A stretch of DNA of 58,904 nt, filler included, from Perkinsus olseni (Eukaryota): NCBI GenBank assembly GCA_013115125.1. It is 4 parts of 4 records of this genome, joined end to end, with 100 filler letters (N's around TTAATTAATTAA, not from the genome) between each part and the next. Parts side by side here need not be neighbours in the genome. Positions count along the whole stretch, not along the records: positions 44,369 to 58,904 come from JABANN010000727.1; 3 more parts are not named here. The stretch is one strand, 5' to 3'. Positions 46,187 to 58,904 of the stretch are shown piece after piece. A program made the translations under genes and the position numbers. Position 1 is the stretch's first letter. Each line of letters starts with the position of its first letter. Under the pieces are notes generated by a model. That model was not told the DNA's origin, made no database searches, and worked only from the letters and a program-made list of their open reading frames with translations.

Positions 46187-47518
46187 ATGACTGATCTCAT
46201 CGACGACACAGAGCTCGACACCTTGGAGAATGGTAAAGCCCTGCATAGTGGAGAGACGACTGACGGCGGAGATGACACCAAAAGCTGGCAAGGCGACTCG
46301 AAGGAGGTTAATGAGCCTCCCAGAGCCTCCTGGTTCCTTCTACTCCAGTTCTGTATGCTCGGCTTCGTTGCCTTGGCACCTTGGAACTTCATCCTCACCG
46401 ATTTACTCTACCTGACCGGCAAGTTCGAGCACCGTTTCAGCTCGACCATCTCGATCTACGACGGACTGGCTAATAACGTCGCTCAGCTCTGCATCATTTT
46501 CTTCGGTAACAAGTTCACTTTCGCTCCAAGATTCGACGTCGGTTGCAGCCTTCTGGCTGTGTTCAACATATGCTTGGCAATAGTCGCAATGACGGTCGGC
46601 GTAGGGAACCCCTGCCCCAGCACTGAGCTCGGAAACGCCCTTGGTATCGTCTGTGTGATCCTACTGGCCTTCGGTCATGCCATTATGGAGTCAACTGCCT
46701 TCGGTTTGGCCGCCCTCTGCCCCAAGTCCTGCATGAACTGGGTCATGGTCGGCGAGGGTATGGCTGGTGTGTTCGGCTGGCCTCTCCTCGAACTCTTCGA
46801 CTGCATTTTTCAGAACGTCCCTCGCAAGGACGAGTGGGTCTGCTTGGTATTTTTCTCGGTCACTTCCGTTCTCACGCTTCTCGTTATGCCCATGTTCCGC
46901 CTTGTCACTTCCAAAGACCCCCTCGTCAAAGAAGTGCTCAAGGTCGAAGACATGAGAAGAAAAGCCGGCAGCCTCAAGGTCCGTCAGACCAGCCGTCCCG
47001 TACGTGCGATTCTCAAAGACCTCGCCCCGATGGCCTTCTGTGCTTGGTCGGTGCTCACCATCACTTTCATCTGCTTCCCGTCCCAAGCCACGCTATGGCA
47101 GTCCGGCAAGGGAACCCCGGAGGCCACGGCCAAGTTCATACCATTGGTGGTGTTTGTTTATCAAGTTGGTGATACTATCGGCAGGTTCGCTCCCAACGTG
47201 GGCCTTGCTATCCCGGAGAAGACCCTCATCGCCGTATCCCTCGCTCGAGCTCTCTTCATCCCGCTTTTTATTTGTACCACACTTTACCCTACTCTCAAGC
47301 CCTTCCACTGGAATTGGTTCAAGCATGTTGAGATGCTCATCTTCGCCTTGTCCAATGGGCTGTGCGCGACTCTGTCTATGATGTACGGCCCTCAGCGCGT
47401 GTCCACCGATAAGGCTGAGCAGGAGGTCGCTGGATACACCATGGGCTTCACGCTTGTCGACGGAATCTTCATCGGAGGTTTGCTTGGAACTCTGACCGTC
47501 TCCTGCCTGGGAGAATAG
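46187..47518 (+). CDS. Equilibrative nucleoside transporter paralogue, intronless, 443 aa
   Basis: Same ENT motifs and strongly similar to the divergently oriented neighbour. Confidence 0.93.
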   Translation: MTDLIDDTELDTLENGKALHSGETTDGGDDTKSWQGDSKEVNEPPRASWFLLLQFCMLGFVALAPWNFILTDLLYLTGKFEHRFSSTISIYDGLANNVAQLCIIFFGNKFTFAPRFDVGCSLLAVFNICLAIVAMTVGVGNPCPSTELGNALGIVCVILLAFGHAIMESTAFGLAALCPKSCMNWVMVGEGMAGVFGWPLLELFDCIFQNVPRKDEWVCLVFFSVTSVLTLLVMPMFRLVTSKDPLVKEVLKVEDMRRKAGSLKVRQTSRPVRAILKDLAPMAFCAWSVLTITFICFPSQATLWQSGKGTPEATAKFIPLVVFVYQVGDTIGRFAPNVGLAIPEKTLIAVSLARALFIPLFICTTLYPTLKPFHWNWFKHVEMLIFALSNGLCATLSMMYGPQRVSTDKAEQEVAGYTMGFTLVDGIFIGGLLGTLTVSCLGE

Positions 47519-48178
47519 GGTGTTTACGGATTATTTCCTTCCCCGTTTCTCCCCCACCGTTTCTGTTCCTCTATACCTTTCCTACTTCTTCTACGTGTTG
47601 ATTACTACGTATGATTTACTTATGTTGTTCCGACGACCAAGAGACGCCTTTCGTTAAGCTCAACAATCAGCTTGGGAAGGGAGCTGCCGCTGCGCTGCGT
47701 AGCTGCTCCGGGGCTGCACATAGGGAGTGATACAGAATGTGGCGACATGGCACTCGGCCATGGTGGGGAGGGCTCGAGGAGCTTTTATGCAGGTTCTCAA
47801 ATGATATGGGAAAATATTGAATGGGAAATACTGAATGGTATTCAAGGGTGCCCTCGGAAGATGCCGGGATATTCACCTGCAACGGAAGCGGGTTCGTAGC
47901 GCTTTCCGAGGACTGCCGTGGCAACCGTCGGAAGTCGTCCAACCCACCAACACTATGGGAGAGAATGAAAATGGTGTTACAGGGACGCCACTTGGTTGTG
48001 CTCTGTCCCGGCTAGTAGTGGTTAGATACTACACTATTTCCCGATCTATGATGTAGTCGGGCAGGAGTTTCCTCCTGGATTAGGGCTGTGATCTACCTCA
48101 GATCGCTTTGCCCGTTTCCTAACGTCCAGTCGGGCTGGGAGCAGCATCGTCGAATTCTGTTAGCAGGAATTGTATATC

Positions 48179-50822
48179 ATGAACCGCGTGGATGCTGTGT
48201 CCAGTCATGTCTGCGGAGGTCCTTCCAACGTCTACAGAGATGAGAAGAGGTCTGACGATGTCGTCATCTGTGCTGCACTGAGGACGGCCATGTGCAAGGT
48301 AGGCAAGAGCGGCGGCAGAGCACACATTGGTTGCGATTGGTGTGGTATGGTAGGCGAAGAAGGGGCTGTTCCGCGATACTTTTCCGGAGGATATGATAAG
48401 CCCGCTCCTGAGGGCGGCTATCGAGAGGACCGGCGCGGACCCACACACGATAGGCGACATTCAGATCAGCAGCATCCTCCAACCAGGTGGGCGGCTCCCT
48501 AGAGCACTCTGCTGCTGCTGCTGCTTGGTTGCCCGGCTAGGGCTGCTGATTGACCTTTCCTTTCCGACCCGCGTGTCCTACCATGTCAGTTGAGCATAGT
48601 TTCGTTCCGCTCCGAAAATCTGGTGGGCAGTCCACGTAGCGAAATGTGATCAGCCTTTCTGTTTTTCCATTGGGAACGTAAGAGGTATATGGACAGTGGA
48701 ATGCAGAGATTCTGTCCAACTTGGACTATAGTTTAGAAATCATCTAGAGCCTCGGCTGAGCTCAGGAGCCCTTGCACGACTACCATTCCTCAGTTTCTGT
48801 GCCAGCAGGTCCCAGTCTAGTGCCAGCTCGTATGGCGGCATTGATGGCTGGTATCCCGGTTGAAGTCCCAGCGGACCGGCAGTGCTCGAATGGGATCCTG
48901 GCCGTGGCGAACGTTGCCTCTCGTATCAAGGCAGGCTATATTAGAACAGGTATCGCCGCTGGTGTGGAGAGTATGAGCAAGTAGGCGGGTATGGCGATCG
49001 ACCATCAGCCAATCGGGAGTAGGCCATACATATTAGCCAATGGCTAATACGTAGGGTCTACTCCCGCACGCCCGATCCTCGGGTTGCGATTCACGTGATG
49101 GTGGACATGCCACCCCAGTCTCAACAGCTCCTTTGGTATTAGTAAAACCACTACCGCTCGGCGTGGACACACATTTCAAGCCAAAGGCTAATACGAACGG
49201 GAGTATGCACTCATCAATGAGACTAGTTCACACTGTGAACTTCACAGTTCGGGTGGCCCCTAGTCACAAGTTTTAACGTTCAAGAGGTGATATATTCTGG
49301 GTCACTCAGTCGAGCTAGTCTTCCAGTGTGAATTCCCTCGGGACACGTTACTTCTACGCTCGGCAGTTCGACAACGGAGGTCTCAGCTCCTTACTCTCTG
49401 CATATCTTTTCCGCCTGTTAAATCCGATAGTGAGCTCGTAACTGGTCGATCCATTCGCAGGTATGACCTTCAGGATGCGTGGAATATGTCTCCCCTTCCT
49501 GATAGCGTTGCGAGGCACGAAGGGGCAAGAAGCTGCATCACGCAGCTGGGGACGACGAGCGAGAATGTTGCCGCCAGGTAGGTGATGGCTCGGGAGAAGC
49601 GGTAGGGGGGCTTCTATCAGATTCGGTATAACTCGAGAGGCTCAAGACCGGATGGCTGTGGAGTCCCATCGAAAGGCGTGCAAGGCGCAGCGGGATGGGT
49701 TGTTTGATGATGAGATTGTAGTTTTGGGGCGGGGGTGGTACGAGCTGTAGGGAGCGTAGATGGGTATACTCTAGTCTATATAGTATCAGTGGATAATAGA
49801 TAATGAATATGATAAAAGGTGACCTACCACCGTTAATAGTTGTTGAATATATGGTAGTATTTGATAGTACCAGGGTGGAATTAGTTATTTTATTTATACT
49901 CTCCATGCCCATATAAACCTACGTTGGGGGATTTCAATGAGATCGTCTTATGAATGTGGGAAAGCAAGGCCGCCCTCGCCATCACGCTAAGGCCTAATTT
50001 TCGTCCATTCTGTGGCTGTAGTTTTGAAGATGGTATCTTGCGTGCTTCGCTCCGCTGTCCGTCAAATCGATTCCCTTGCAGGTACCTGTAGAGACCAAAG
50101 TTGTGGACTCTAGGACTGGCAAATCAACTACGGTGACTGTCACTAGGGATGAGGGTTGCCGGCCTGATACGACTCTCGAAGGTGCTCTAATTCCTGTTCT
50201 CCGATACCACACCTTACCCTAATCGTAGGTCTTGCCTCCCTCCGTCCCGCCTTCTCTAAGCACGGCTGCACTACTGCAGGAAACGCTTCTCAAATGACTG
50301 ATGGGGCAGCCTGTGTTTTCCTAGCCCGTCGGGATGAAGCCGAGAGGCAGGGGCTGCCGATACTTGCGAGGCTACAGGGCTTCTCCGCGGTCGGGGTCCC
50401 CCCTGAGATCATGGGGGTCGGTCCCGCAGCAGCCATCCCGGCGGTGCTCGCACAGACTGGCCTTGGGATTGACGATATTGATATCTTTGAGGTCAACGAG
50501 GCCTTCGCTAGCCAGGCTACGTATGTTGGATGCTCCTCAGTCGGGCACCATCACTCTATAAATTATCAGATACTGTGTTAATAAGTTGAAGATTCCTGCG
50601 GCGAAGTTGAACCCTAAGGGTGGTGCCATCGCGCTTGGCCATCCCCTTGCCGCTACAGGAATCAGGCAGCTCGTTACGCTTCTGCCCGAGCTCAGGCGTA
50701 GGTGGTTGGTCGTGACGGGCTGGATTGTGATCATCTCAGGGAGGAGGGGCAAGATCGGAGTGGTTTCGATGTGCATCGGTGGTGGCCTTGGTGCTGCCCT
50801 TGTTATTGTCAACGAACAATAG
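48179..50822 (+). CDS. ACAA1: 3-ketoacyl-CoA thiolase, peroxisomal type, multi-exon
   Basis: DDVVICAALRTAMCK, RQCSNG (catalytic Cys), AGVESMS, GNASQMTDGAA, EVNEAFA, GGAIALGHPLAATG, SMCIGGGLG; PTS2-like RVDAVSSHV. Confidence 0.9.
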
Positions 50823-51532
50823 ATTTGTTTTTATGTCGAGGAACTGTCTGGACCCTTTGCCGCGACAAAGCCTGTGATTTTTTATGACTCGATTGAGGTG
50901 CTCAGCGCAAGTTTATCCCCAACTTATTGATGAGGATGATGGTAAGGCCCCTCAGAAAACCTGACGGTGTCGATTTAGGTGAACGCTTTGAGCCTAGATG
51001 GCACCCTATGTCAGGGCAAGTTGCATGAATCCTGGCCGTTGGCGTGGATTCGTGTTCAACTCTCGTTGATGAGATGCTCATTTGCATGCTGGTTTCTTTT
51101 AAACCGTACTTGAATTCAGTGGGCAATTGGTGGGCTGGCAGGAGGGCCCTAGGTGGCTAGTCGGGTATTCCTACGCATCACAGGCTCTGAGAACTCTGCC
51201 TCCGAAAACGGGAGCCTCGCTTCAGCCAACGGCGGCGGTAGGAAAGTCTCTTCGACGGAGCCTTGCGGGCGGTAGGAAGTCCTTCTGAGGATTTGACCCT
51301 TGTTACGGCTCGGGTTCGTGTTCCTCCGGGATCTTCTTCCCGGGGTTCATCCGGTGGGGCCTGGCTGCAATTACTGGTCCTCTGTTCATCTTTACCGGCT
51401 GATTCGCGTTGGCTGTGTTACCGGCAGACAAGGGGGCTGTTATCTGTCGCGTCAATGGAAACTGACTGTGGACTTCGTAGTGAGCTTCAGCCGGATACCT
51501 TTCCCCCAGCTTCGCCCTTTTGTTGATTTTCA

Positions 51533-58416
<6,884 letters not shown>

Positions 58417-58832
58417 ATTCTGTCCCCTCCCCGCCATTGGAAGTGGCTTTGAGGGGATAGGGAGTCCCTCTGCTGTGAGCGTGATATTTCTGGGATTTCT
58501 TTTTATACGATCTTGATAGGTCTTATCTTATTGTTATCTTTTTATATGTTTTTTACTTTTTGCCGAAGGCGCTCGCATGTCCTATTGGATCGGAATGCCA
58601 GACAGTGTGTCACCACATGAGCGCCCGCATGCCCGTTGGAATCATCAGCAGTGGTGATGGTGATACCGTGTGATTCCTTGGAGAAGCGGCGCATGGCTTT
58701 GTCAGGAATTGCTTTCGACCATCAGCCTACCTAGGAAGCAGGCTCTTTTCCCTTGTAGGCATGAACCGACGTAACTGTCTGGACCCGAGTCCATTGAGAT
58801 CGTCGAACCCTTGCGACGTGATGTCACCGTTA

Positions 58833-58836
58833 CAGC

Positions 58837-58900
<64 letters not shown>

Positions 58901-58904
58901 GCAG
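58833..58904. repeat. (CAA)n microsatellite at contig end
   Basis: Triplet run. Confidence 0.97.

Overview
Eukaryotic, intron-rich nuclear DNA. The short GT-AG introns, triplet microsatellites, intronless ENT paralogues and lineage-specific secreted families suggest the alveolate mollusc parasite Perkinsus; this is my inference, not proven. The window is not one locus. It is four contigs of descending length (1-14789, 14890-29611, 29712-44268, 44369-58904) joined by artificial 100-bp N44-TTAATTAATTAA-N44 spacers. Contig 1 has three tandem sphingolipid (IPC/SM-type) synthases, an intronless NF-X1 zinc-finger gene, AK6/Fap7 and WDR82/Swd2. Contig 2 has the 3' end of an AFG3/FtsH protease, a syntaxin, a DUF676 lipase, organellar ribosomal protein L9, low-complexity hypothetical genes and repeats. 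Contig 3 has three disrupted genes for secreted proteins and a divergent mitochondrial EF4 (GUF1). Contig 4 has a head-to-head ENT pair, a peroxisomal-type thiolase and a YAK1 kinase. The most interesting candidates are: (i) a secreted triple-domain family with NLS-like motifs and a C-terminal p53-TAD-like FxxLWxxL motif; (ii) a sphingolipid synthase array that differs at the head-group-specificity residue; (iii) a hairpin-type (hAT-like) excision footprint that breaks a secreted gene; (iv) a remodelled EF4 tRNA-binding tail; (v) a structured 204-nt segment between perfect 24-bp direct repeats. Multi-exon gene boundaries were read by eye and are approximate where noted.
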